Shown here: in pieces, positions 13,611 through 25,300 of the stretch | How positions within the stretch are numbered: the first letter of the stretch is position 1 | Layout: each line of letters opens with the position of its first letter | Translations under genes and position numbers: made by a program | The notes under the pieces: model-generated | The model's database searches: none | What the model was told of the DNA's origin: nothing | Seen by the model: only the letters and a program-made list of their open reading frames with translations | From: Stegostoma tigrinum | Taxonomy: Eukaryota | Direction of reading: 5' to 3' | Assembly: GCF_030684315.1 (NCBI RefSeq) | Contig: NC_081387.1 | Location: forward strand, 23,182,647 to 23,246,646 | Length of the DNA: 64,000 nt

Positions 13611-14335
13611 TTATTCTCTCTCTCTCTATCTCACACACACACTCACACACTTATTCTCNNNNNNNNNNNNNNNNNNNNNNNNNNNNNNNNNNNNNNNNNN
13701 NNNNNNNNNNNNNNNNNNNNNNNNNNNNNNNNNNNNNNNNNNNNNNNNNNNNNNNNNNNNNNNNNNNNNNNNNNNNNNNNNNNNNNNNNNNNNNNNNNNN
13801 NNNNNNNNNNNNNNNNNNNNNNNNNNNNNNNNNNNNNNNNNNNNNNNNNNNNNNNNNNNNNNNNNNNNNNNNNNNNNNNNNNNNNNNNNNNNNNNNNNNN
13901 NNNNNNNNNNNNNNNNNNNNNNNNNNNNNNNNNNNNNNNNNNNNNNNNNNNNNNNNNNNNNNNNNNNNNNNNNNNNNNNNNNNNNNNNNACACACACACT
14001 TATTCTCTCTCTCTATCACACACACACTTATTCTCTCTCTATCTCACACACACACACTTATTCTCTCTCTCTCTATCACACACACACTTATTCTCTATCT
14101 CTATCACACACACACACACACATAAATCTATGGAGTGAATTTGTATTTGTAGATACGTTATAGTTTTGGGTCTATTTAACACATCCTCATCAGTGCTGTG
14201 GCTCTTTGATCTTTTACTATAAATTCTGTGTCTGATTCCTCCTCTCTCACCAACACCTGCGGGAGCGAGGCTTGAAAGCTTCTGTTTTCAAATAAATCTT
14301 TTGGATTAAACACCACACATGATGGTGTGTGATTT
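13005..14335 (+). mobile_element. Decayed Penelope-like element (GIY-YIG region and tail) containing a microsatellite and assembly gap
   Basis: YSCGLANVVY, PIGEHFS, EQRLIAKFG..DGLNWDLGFMSH motifs. Confidence 0.75.
13552..14122. repeat. Compound (CA)n/(CT)n microsatellite with a higher-order ~30-nt unit (cacacacacttattctctctctctat); assembly gap at 13659-13989
   Basis: Read directly. Confidence 0.9.
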
Positions 14336-14349
14336 CAAACACTATACTC

Positions 14350-15180
14350 ATATAATTTCATTCCATTGAACTCCTTTTGTCAGGAATACTGCTTCACATG
14401 TTAATTTGTCAAAAGAGTTGTCAGCACTTTGAAACTTAATACATGCTTCTCTCTCAAATGACTTCCCAGCACAGACTGAAAAACAAAGTCAGAGTCTGGA
14501 AAGATCTGCTCTTGTATCGTGAGGCTGTGGGGGAAGGTTAGATAGGAAGAAACTGTCCCACTTGGTGGAAGGATCAATAGGAAGATTGAGAACAGGTTGA
14601 AGGGAAAATGGCATTGGGAACATGATGTTCTGAAATTCAGTGCCTGACAGTGTGGTGGAGGCAGGGACATTTGAAGGATCTGTAGGGATGATTAGAATGG
14701 GTGGGTGTCACACAATAAACTTCTCCCGTGGAGAGCTGCACATGTGTGATCAGGTCCTGCACTCTAAGCATTCTGTGATCCTGTGCCTTACTGCAGATGC
14801 GGCTCCCGTGAGTCACACAGGTATTGACCAGCACCCACATACTACAGCTCCAACACATCACCTCCCTGCTGTCTCTATTGAGTTTTATCCAACTAATCAG
14901 GTTGCAAGTTTAGAAGTACCACTCAACAATATTTTGTAATTATTAGGAAGTAGTAATTCTCTAAATTTATTCTGATACTCAGATCCCTTACTTACCATCG
15001 CAACTGTTGTCACATTAAATTAACACCCTGAGACATGCTCTGGGTCATACTCTTTCTGTTTTATTTGTTACTTACCAAATCAGAATTTTTAATTTCTCCA
15101 TTAAAAGTAAAATGTTTCAAGACAGAAAAAAATCTCACTATTTCTCTCTGACACGTCTATAAGTTCTCTTGCTGAGTGTG
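14350..15180 (+). repeat. Upstream segmental-duplication block, copy A (paralogous to ~57000-58226)
   Basis: Collinear match, e.g. gtcaaaagagttgtcagcactttgaaacttaatacatgcttctctctc, with many substitutions and indels; translated ORFs 14640 and 57319 are visibly homologous. Confidence 0.9.
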
Positions 15181-15185
15181 GTCAC

Positions 15186-15990
15186 CTGGAGGTGATGCAT
15201 TAATTTTAATAACATTAATGATTTTCGGTGAGTTACAGTTGAAAGAGCAACTTGCCCGCAGTGACACATTTGTTCGAAGGAGGGAGCAAAAGCCAAAGAG
15301 CGAATTCAGTGAAAACGAAAGTAAATGTTTTCAGGGAGGGGCTGTCGTTGTGAATGTCTCCATTTTTTACACATTTGTCCGAGAAAAGGCGGAAAATGTT
15401 CGATCAGATTGTGGGAAAGTAAGAGGTGAGTCTGAAACCCTCTTTAATTTCAGGAAGGGCTCATTCCCAGTGGGATCGGGTGGATTTTAGTCCCGCTGAA
15501 AGATCCCAATCAAATCCAAGGAGTTGAACGGGGAGCCGCTGGGGATTGTGCAGTGAAAAGGTGAAACCTTTCTCCAATGTCTCTGATCAGCTGCACAGAG
15601 CCTGGAGCTGGTTCCTGTCAGTATAAGGGAACAGGAGGGAGAGGCAATGTGTAACATTCACTTCTCAGGGTCAGACACAGCGACTGGAAAGGGAGACGGA
15701 AGTGAAAAGGAGGAACAGAGTGAGGGCCATGAGATGGAACATGACCCATTGGGGTTTCTGTTTAAAGGCAAATAATTCAATCCTGGAGACAATTGTGACG
15801 CTTCATGTCCTGACATAAACTTTAATTGAAGAGTTTCCCTTGTGTTGAGTCCATTCTCCGATTCCATTCTTTCCCATTTCGGGTTTTCTGCCTCCACCAT
15901 CGAGAGCAGCTGCGTGGGCCCTCAGATCCGGAGCGCTCTCCATTCCTCAATCCATCAATTCCTCTCCACTTCCCTCCGCCTCCCTTCAGC
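15186..15990 (+). promoter_or_regulatory. Putative promoter/first-exon block of gene 1 (copy A): ISRE AGTGAAAACGAAAGT 15308-15322, donor AGAG|gtgagt at 15426, ETS-IRF composite GGAAGTGAAA 15698-15707
   Basis: Motifs read directly; non-TE, locally CpG-enriched; same block precedes the paralog leader exon. Confidence 0.6.
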
Positions 15991-17040
15991 TTGTTCCGAG
16001 AACCTCTCTGCAATTCTCTGCTCCTTTCAGCTGGTTCTTCAGATGTCGCTTTGACTGATCTTTTACTGAATTGATTTACATTCTGTTCGCTGCTTTCACT
16101 CTCAGTCTCTCCCTTGTTGAGCCCAGGATCTCCTGTGCTTTGCTGACTGCTCTCTCAGCATGGCCTGTCACCATCAGAGATTGATCCACACAAACCCCCT
16201 CCCTCAGTTCCTGCTCACTCGACGGAATTGTGTCTGTAAATGGACAGTGTAATTCCTTGCTCCTTTTGTTAAAACACATCACTTCACAATCTGCTCAGTT
16301 AAATTCAATCTGTCAGTTGTCTGCGTATTTCTTTCCCAAGGATGTAAGAAAATCACTTGTGAACATGACTGTTGTTATCCATGTGTTTTTGTGGATGTTT
16401 GAATCAATGCCTGTCCTTGATGGAAACCTGGCCAAGTAGTGATGACAATTTCTCCGGAAATAAATCCTCCCCATCTGGCTGCACTTCCATCATGAGACCC
16501 ATCGAGGCTGTTCTGCTGGCCGTTTGGCCTTTTTCACACCTTTCCCTGACCCTCTGCTCTTTGGGTCCTCTCCTCCTGTTGAGCATCTCATCTCATTTAA
16601 ATTCTCATTCTAACCCATCCTTCCCAGTAATTTTCTCACTGATGGACCTTCACTGTTTTCCTCCCTCATCCTCTGCATTAAACAACTTCTCATCTTTCTG
16701 ATGAAAGGTCATCACCCTGAAACATTAACTTGCCTTCTGTCTCCCTAACAGATGAATAGATTGAGTTAATTCAGACTTTATTTTTTAATTTCTCATCATT
16801 GATAATTGAAGAATCTCCTTCTGAAATAGAATCAGATAGTTTTACAGCACAGAAACAGGCCCTTCGGCCCATTGCGTCCATGCAGATTCTGATTCTGTTT
16901 TCCAGGCCTTGGCCTGTAGCCTTGTCTGCGATGGATCGTCGAGTGCTGATCAGAATTATTCTGAAATGTCTGAGGTTCGTGCTCTTTTAGGCAGTGAGTT
17001 CCAGATATTCATACATTCTGGGTGAAACAAACTTTCTTTA

Positions 17041-17590
17041 CATAGAACATAGAACATAGAACAGTACAGCACAGAACAGGCCCTTCAGCCCACAATGTTG
17101 TGCCGACCATTGATCCTCATGGATGCACCCTCAAATTTCTGTGACCATATGCATGTCCAGCAGTCTCTTAAATGACCCCAATGACCTTGCTTCCACAACT
17201 GCTGCTGGCAACGCATTCCATGCTCTCACAACTCTCTGCGTAAAGAACCTGCCTCTGACATCCCCTCTATACTTTCCACCAACCAGCTTAAAACTATGAC
17301 CCCTCGTGCTAGCCATTTCTGCCCTGGGAAATAGTCTCTGGCTATCGACTCTATCTATGCCTCTCATTATCTTGTATACCTCAATTAGGTCCCCTCTCCT
17401 CCTCCTTTTCTCCAATGAAAAGAGACCGAGCTCAGTCAACCTCTCTTCATAAGATAAGCCCTCCAGTCCAGGCAGCATCCTGGTAAACCTCCTCTGAACC
17501 CTCTCCAAAGCATCCACATCTTTCCTATAATAGGGCGCCCAGAACTGGACGCAGTATTCCAAGTGCGGTCTAACCAAAGTTTTATAGAGT
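17041..17590 (-). mobile_element. Young 5'-truncated CR1 LINE (3' end)
   Basis: Intact 148-aa ORF VRPHLEYCVQFW...; (catagaa)n tail. Confidence 0.92.
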
Positions 17591-17600
17591 TTTACCTTCT

Positions 17601-18390
17601 AAGAAAATCCGAAAGAACTGCGGATGCTGAAAAACAGGAACAACAATGAAGTTGCCAGAAAAGCTTAGCAGGCCTGGCAAGAATAAAGAATAAAAAAAGG
17701 CAGAGTTAATGTTTCAGGTCCAGTGATGGTGGCTGTGAAAACGTCAGTTTGTAACCACATTTTGCTGCTCACAATGTGGTCTCCTCTACATTGGGGAAAC
17801 GTAGTGTAGACATAGTGACGGCTTTGCAGAACATCTACGTTCTGATGGCAAAAAAAGACCCTGAACTACCTGTTGCCTGCCACTTTGATGCACTTGCTGC
17901 CTGACCAACATCTCTGTCTTGCTACAGTGTTCCAGCGAAGCCCAACGCAAGCTGGAGGAACAACACCTCATTTTCCGCTTGGGGACCCTACAGCACTCTG
18001 GACTCAATATTGAGTTCAGTAATTTTAGGGCCTAAAGTCTCCCATGTCCCAGCCCCCTAGCCCACACACCAGGCCTTGTTACCACACAGCCTGCCACTAC
18101 ACACTCCCTGTTGTTAGTCACTAACAGCCCCCATTAACAACTACTCACCCTCCCAGCCTGATCAATGGCAACTCCTTTGTCTGTCCAACTGTCTGTCTCT
18201 CTCTTTGGGCTCTATCCTCTCGTTTACTCCCTACCCCACCCACCTCCGTATTTCCTGCATCTCAATTGACATTTTCCCAGCCACCATCAGTTCTGAGGAA
18301 AAGTCACCGCACCCAAAACGTTAACTCTGAATTTTCCTTCACGGATGCTGCCAGACATGCTGGGCTTTTCTGGCAACTATATTTTTTCCC
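17601..18390. mobile_element. Penelope-like insertion: inverted tail (~17601-17750) plus forward GIY-YIG/tail
   Basis: CSQCGLLYIGET, KLEEQHLIFRLGTLQ; flanking tttaccttct/tttacctcct TSD. Confidence 0.8.
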
Positions 18391-18804
18391 TCTTTACCTC
18401 CTCTTTCAGTTAAAGTGACCCCTGGATGAAGCGGGAGAAGAAGCTTTGCCTTATCTAACAAGTCTATGCCCCTTAAAACTTTTTACACTACAGTCAGATT
18501 CCCTGCTCAATTTTCTCTGCTTTGGGAAATCAACCCCAAACTCTCCAGACTATCTTCATTGCTGAACCACTCTAGCCCAGGAAACATCCTGGTGGATGCA
18601 CTTTCACCCTCTCTGGTGCAATCATGTCTTTCCAGCACTGCACACGTTACTCCAACTAATTAAGTAACATTATACACTGCATACCTACTTATTCATCTTG
18701 CTGTCTCTCCATTGAGCTCACTGCCAGCTAATCCTCCCTCAATCCAAACTCCCCAACCCCTCTATCCCTAAATGTAACCCAGTGTCTTGAATCTCTTCCT
18801 GCAG

Positions 18805-18929
18805 CTGGACTCGATAATGATGATTTCACTGCTCGCTATGTTTCTCGATATACTTCCTGATCAGAGTTCTTCTGCAGTGTTTGTGAAAAATATCTCATTG
18901 CGGAATAGTCTGACTTTCTGAAGCTAGAG
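18805..18929 (+). other. Candidate non-coding (5'UTR) exon of gene 1
   Basis: atctcttcctgcag acceptor and GAG|gtaagt donor in non-repeat sequence upstream of the leader exon; stop codon in frame with the CDS, so UTR if real. Confidence 0.4.
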
Positions 18930-19460
18930 GTAAGTTTCAGACTGCATGATTTTAATGAGAATAGTTAGAAAAAGACAGACTTTCTGAACAACATAAACAG
19001 AGACAGGTCAGGAATATCAGCTCTGAGATTATATGATGAGACATTTTAACACTTGGTTGAAAGTGCATATGCCTTTTATTTCACTGGAATTATTAATTTA
19101 AATGGATTACACCCCATTTAAAATAGCAGATTGCTAAAGCAAGTGAAGATTTTCACATTTATTCTTTAATGTGATGTGGGAGTCATTGGCAAGGTCAGTA
19201 TTTATTACTAATCCCTAATTGTCCTTGAACTCTGATTTACTTGTTAGAACATTTGAGACAGTAGTGTTGAGTCATCCACATTGCTGTTGGTCTGGAGTCA
19301 CATGTCGGCAGGTCTGGGTAGGGACAGCAGATTTCCTTCCCTAAAGGACATGAATGATCCAGTTGTGTTTTGACCACAATATGAGTTCAGTGCCATCTTA
19401 TCCTCCCTTCATCTCCCTTTCATCCAAACTCCCCAGCTGCCCACTCTTAATTGCTTTTAA

Positions 19461-19967
19461 CCGCACTTGGAATACGACGTCCAGTTCTGGTCGCCCTATC
19501 ATAGGAAAGATGTGGATGCTTTGGAGAGGGCTCAGAGGAGGTTTACCAGGATGCTGCCTGGACTGGAGGGCTTATCTTATGAAGAGAGGTTGACTGAGCT
19601 CGGACTATCTTCATTGGAGAAAAGGAGGAGGAGAGGGGACCTAATTGAGGTATACAAGATAATGAGAGGCATAGATAGAGTTGATAGCCAGAGACTATTT
19701 CCCAGGGTAGAAACGGCTAACACGAGGGGCCATAGTTTTAAGCTGGTTGGAGGAAAGTATAGAGGGGATGTCAGAGGCGGGTTCTTTACACAGAGAGTTG
19801 TGAGAGCATGGAATGCGTTGCCAGCAGCAAGGTCATTGGGGACATTTAAGAGACTGCTGGACATGCATGTGGTCACAGAAATTTGAGGGTGCATACGTGA
19901 GGATCAATGATCGGCACAACATCGTGGGCTGAAGGGCCTGTTCTGTGCTGTACTGTTCTATGTTCTA
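19461..19967 (+). mobile_element. Young 5'-truncated CR1 LINE, same subfamily as 17041-17590, opposite orientation
   Basis: 139-aa ORF nearly identical to ORF 17131-17577; ttctatgttcta tail. Confidence 0.92.
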
Positions 19968-20500
19968 ACCTTAGTTCTTTGAAGGTGGCAGGATGTCGGG
20001 AGAGAGAGGTGAGTAAAGCACATGAGATGTTGGCTTCATAAACAGAGGAATTGAGTACAAAAGCAGGGAATGTATGCTAAACCTGCAGAAAACTCAGTCG
20101 GTTGGTCACAGCGACGTGAAAACTGTCTTCGTTTCTGGCACCACCTTTATAAAAGGTGTGGGGGCATCTGAGCGGTGGAAGGAAGATTTTTCAGAATGGT
20201 TCTAGGGAAGGGATTGTAGTTACAAGTGGAGCACGGGGATTGATATAAAGAGTTATGGAGGGGAACATGATGGTTGAGTGATGGTTAAGGTTTCGAGAGC
20301 TTTCTAAACAGGAACAGAACCGGACTCCTGTCCCAGCAAATGGAGGTGAAGCTTCTGACTTGCAAACGTCAATATCAATCCACCTCTGCTGTCAGCAGCC
20401 CTCATTCCAGAGTGTACCCATCTTTTAGAGACCAAAATTCCAGGTGAATGGGCAGCACTTCCCAAATCAGGAAACCAAAAACAGGAAATATCCTGAATTA

Positions 20501-20726
20501 AGATAATAAAGTGTGAAGCTGGATGAACACAGCAGGCTAAGCAGCATCTCAGGATCACAAAAGCTGACGTTTCGGACCTAGACCCTTCATGAGAGAGCTG
20601 TGGTGAAGGGTCTAGGCCCGAAACGTCAGCTTTTGTGCTCCTGAGATGTTGCTTGGCCTGCTGTGTTCATCGAGCTTCACACTTTATTATCTTGGATTCT
20701 CCAGCATCTGCAGTTCCCATTAACAC
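20501..20726. mobile_element. Palindromic mini-Penelope (two inverted tails) with 15-bp TSD
   Basis: ~90-bp inverted arms; aaatatcctgaatta at 20486-20500 and 20727-20741. Confidence 0.88.
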
Positions 20727-21229
20727 AAATATCCTGAATTACTCTTCCTGAACCCAGGCTGAAAATTTAACTCATTGAATCTGTAACGGAATGGAAAGAA
20801 TGGGCCATATATTTCCACTACTGGGAATGGGAATGAATAAATATACAATGCTGTGTCTGTTGGAAGTTTGACACATGCTGTGTATTTGTCCAGGAAGTGT
20901 CAGTGTCTGATGAGCTGATTTGTGCTGCCTGGAACCCTCCAATGATCTCAGTGTCAGAAACTTGGTTGAGATACACACCACATATTCAGATACATATCTG
21001 ACAATTGTCGTATTGTTCAACTTCCAGTGTAACTGTTTAGTTAACAGTTTAACCCAATACCTCATTGTTCAAAGCAACAGAATACCCCTTGACCTATCTA
21101 CACCCCCGACACTCCAACTTCCCAATCATGAACTTAGCAAAACAAGGAATCAAAATGGAGAATGGGTTTGTTGCCTGAAGTTGGTGAACTGTTGTGTTGA
21201 GCCCAGAAGGCTGTAAGGTACGTAATTGG

Positions 21230-21650
21230 AAGAGGAGTTGGGACGTGTAGTTGAGGTTGTACAGGACATTGATGACACCTCTTCTGGAGTAATGTGTGCA
21301 GTTCTGGTAATGGGAAGGATGTTATTAACTGAGGAGGGTTCAGAAAAGATTTACCAGGATGTTGCTGGGAATGGAGGGTTTGAGATTTTAAGTTAGACTA
21401 GAAAGACTGGGATTTTTTTCACTGGAGCATGGGAGGTTGAGGGGTACCTTATTGAGGTTTATAGAATCATGCAAACTGCCAGAGGAAGTGGTGGATGTGG
21501 GCCCAGTTACAACGTTTAAAAGACATTTGGAAGTACATGAAGAGGAAAAATTTGGAGGGATGTGGGCATGGCGCAGACAAGTTTAGGTTGGGACTATGGT
21601 CAGCGTAGACTGGTTGGACCAAAGAGTCTATTTCTGTGCTGTATGACTCT
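21230..21650 (+). mobile_element. Decayed CR1 3' end, preceded by a short Penelope fragment (~21140-21235)
   Basis: gagggttcagaaaagatttaccaggatgttg; ctgtgctgtatgactct tail. Confidence 0.75.
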
Positions 21651-22248
21651 CCAATTACCCTCTTGCACCCTACTCACTCACCATTATTCTCTCTCAAACA
21701 CTATCCTACAACCCAGTTTGCATCCAACTTTAAAATAAGAAAAAGTTAGGGTGTAGACTACCTTCTCAAAATATTTTGAGGGCGTCTGGCCTGGTCTATC
21801 ACAGCAGCGATGGACCCACCCAGTGTTCCTGATGAAATACAGGACCTTTACAATCTGACCTGACAACAGGATCTGATGTTGGAAAAGGGGTCGTCCATCT
21901 CTGCTGCTCCCCACTGTCAGTTATCTCCTGAATCCCCGAGCTGAGCATTTGTTAATGCAGCAGAGAAAGAAAACCCATTAGGAAAAACATGGAAAAGTAA
22001 GAATATGCTGATCGTTGCTGACATAGAATGATGGAGGCCTTTAGCACAGAAAAAGGCACTTCAGCCCATCAAGCCTGTGCATATCACCCAAATCTTCTAA
22101 TCGCAGCACTTGGCCTATGGTCTGCATACCTTGTTGGCAGCGATATGTATAATATCATCATCAGACAATCTGGCTCATTATGTCAGTGTCTCAATCCTGT
22201 AGTTGACATTGCTCTTTTAAGAAATATCTTGAGAATTTTTTGTTTCAG

Positions 22249-22336
22249 ATGAGATCCTTCAATCACTTCTTGCCCATGATGCAAGGAAGACATTTGAGTA
22301 TTGTGCTGCTCCTTGGTTTTCACACTGTGCTGTCAG
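22249..22336 (+). CDS. BTN-like gene 1, signal-peptide exon (MRSFNHFLPMMQGRHLSIVLLLGFHTVLS; start may be ATG 22249, 22276 or 22279)
   Basis: ttttttgtttcag acceptor, hydrophobic core SIVLLLGF, CAG|gtaagc donor in phase 1 matching the IgV exon; resembles the paralog leader at 60440. Confidence 0.8.
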
Positions 22337-25300
22337 GTAAGCAAAAGAATTGAACTGCAAATTATTACTGACACTTCAGGAGCAGCATCTCTTTACCAGA
22401 TTAGCTAATTTAACATGAAGTTATTCACAATTAGTAAAGCGTTAAATTAGGGTACTTTTCATGGGGAAACTGACAGATCCCTCACCCTGTGTATTCTTCA
22501 GTCTGTTCTTTCTCAAAAATCTCATTTAATGGTGTCATACAATCTGCTCCAATTGCATTCAGCAGCATCTAATTGCACAACTTGATGGAGAGTAAGTTCC
22601 CAGGGAAGGCCATGGATGACGGTGTGCCTACACTAAACATGATTGTATCCTTTCTCTGATTAGATACCGAGCCTCTGCTGTGTCTTTCTAGTATTTTCTC
22701 GTTTCAGATTTCTATCAGTTGTGGGTTTTCTTTCTTCTCATTGTTTCTGCAGCTCAGGGGGTGAAAAAGCTGAAGAAAAATTACACCTGCCTTTTCTTGT
22801 GCTCCGAATTCCCTATTTCTGTCCTCTTTTTTTAATCCCATGAACACAACAAAGGCTGTATCAGCATCATCCAGCTTGAAAATTTCCTTCCCTCTTTATT
22901 CCATTCAGATGTTTCTCAAAACTTGCTTCCTTGACCAGGCTTTTGGGTTTCTGCCCGAATCTTGTTTCATGTGGCTCACTGTCACATCTACATTCTGGTA
23001 AGTTTTCTCCTCCAGAAAAAGCAAATTTAACAACAAAAGTTAATTGTACAGACAATTTCATACAAAACTCACCATGATTTAAATAAGCAAATAATCTGTT
23101 CATAGCATTTATTGAGTGAGGAGTGTTGCTGCAGCATTGGGAGATCTTTTTAAACATTTTTAAATAGTTTCATGGGATCTCTCACTCCCACTGGAACAGA
23201 CACACTACACTGTGGATTCAATGTCTGAAGAAAAAGATGTCACTTCCAACGATATAACACTCTCTCAGAACTCATTGAAGTTTCAGCTCATATTGTGTGC
23301 TAAATTATAAAAGTGGAATTCAAATGTCATAAAAAGCCAGCGTTCCATTGATTTTGTACATTCGTTCCGGACTCAACAATACCTTAATTTCAAATTGTCA
23401 TCCTTGTTTCAAATGCTTTAAATCCTCCCTGTGTCTGTAATCCCCTCCAACTTCACAACTAATGTTCCTCCTAATTTGTTTTCAGGTGTAGAGCAATTTT
23501 TAAAATTGTGTAGTCATGCATAGTTATAAAGTTAAAGGGACCAATTTTTGCTGTTTGGACACTTCGGGTTACTGTGCCAGTTAATGGGGGGAGTCGTGCC
23601 CACAACTTTCTGGGAGATCTGCACTAATCTGGTTCTGCTGTGTTTGATATCCCCAAAATGAATCGCGCCATATTGGTGGCTGTACCTTCAGGCACCCAGG
23701 TCCTAATCTGTGTGTTACCCAAGACCATTCTCTTGGCCACCTGCCCTAATCTGTCACATATGGGTCAGTGTCCAAGTTACATCTCGAACATTCGTGTGAA
23801 AGTCCGTGGGACATTCTTGCAGGATGTAATGTTATGAGGTGGAGGTTGATCCCTCCTCCCCCGAGAACTAAAAACGAAATACACAACAGGAGTACCCCGC
23901 CTCATCATCTGTCAAAGCAGTGTGAAAAGTGGTGTCACCTGTCTTTCAGCAGCTTCTAGTGGTTAAATTAAATAAATCCCTAACACTCACTTTACAATCA
24001 ACAAGTAACAATTTATTTATCTAACTCTTACCAGTGAACAGATGAACTAAACTATTAACAAACGGAATAAACGCCTTCTAACTAGTAACTATTCCTGACG
24101 AACAAGATTCTATTGACCTGATGTTCTCATAAAACAAATCCCGCTCATAGAAAATAAAAATGGAATTTAGCCCCTTGAAATTACAGCGAGGTTACGTGTT
24201 TTCTGGAATGTTGTGTGCCTTTTCCGATGATTCTTTAGTGGTGAGTATTAACTAGTTGTGCCTTTGGTACCTTTATTTTTAGTTAGTGCTTTCTCTAAGA
24301 CATAGAGAAAACTGTGAGAGCCAACAAGTCTCTCTTGAGAGCTGAGGACTGTTAACTCTGGCAGATGGCAGTCCTTGTTTTGTACCCTTGAAAACATATC
24401 AGTTTTTTACAATTGGATTCGTCCTATGTTGTCAAAGCCGTCAGATTTAAATTTAATTGTTTCTGGTACATAAGTGCCTCGTTATTGATTGGCTAAATTC
24501 AAAAATGTGTTGCTTTAGTAACAAAACTGCTGTTTGGTCTGCTGCCTGTATGGCCTTTCAGTACAGATAATTCAATTCAGGCGCTCTCTGTATACTTGCA
24601 AACTTTCAAGCTGCCACTCACAGACATCCATTTTTCAAAGAAAATGCACATCATTTTTTACAGGGACCACACAATGCTCCCCCCCGCCCCGTAGCATTTT
24701 ACAAACACGAAATTCTAACTTGCTGCCTCCCAATCCACAAGTGCTCTGCCCAGCTTCGCAACAATAAGCACATGCTGCTTTTGTTTAAAACCATGAACAA
24801 ACCTGAAGTGTATATGGAGAGCTTGGTTGCTCAGCAATAAAAGGATGAACTGCAGAATTCAGATTTCCAGCATCCACTGTAATTTGCCGTCGTGAAGTAA
24901 GAACACTGCTTCATTGTTCAGGGAGCTGCATTTCCTGCTTCTGCCCTCCTGGTGATCACTTACCATGGTGGAGCCAGAGTAGAATATATTAAGGGGGTCT
25001 TGAGTTGGGCTTGTGGAGAATGTGGCCCATCACTGTACACTATGATTCATTTCTTCTTGTGATTCATAAATTTGCCATTGAAATTTAGAAGACGAATAAT
25101 CCTTAACTTTTTTTCCCAAAAACCCTCGATAACCTTTGATGGAGAATTTAATTAACATCCCACCATTTTTTCACTCCATCCATCTCAGGTTCCTGGACAG
25201 AATTTCCCTTTTGTCACCCAATCTGTTTCTGGAAACTGTTTAATGAACTATTCCGTGTGTAAACAAGGGCACAGTTAAAGTTTCTTTTTAAAATCTTTGT

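Noticed and set aside
13284-14163. Long ORFs across 13.3-14.2 kb
   Set aside because: Artefacts of the N gap and microsatellite
14640-14939. Homologous ORFs at 14640 and 57319
   Set aside because: They start in a CR1 remnant (PDSVVEAGT) inside the duplicated block, with no splice or domain support
15176-15490. 104-aa ORF repeated at 59254-59697 as a possible conserved small protein
   Set aside because: Non-ATG start and no recognisable domain; identity is explained by the DNA-level duplication
23830-24662. Possible solo LTR (also ~3040-3938)
   Set aside because: TG...CA-like ends and LTR-like texture, but no convincing TSD or second copy in the window
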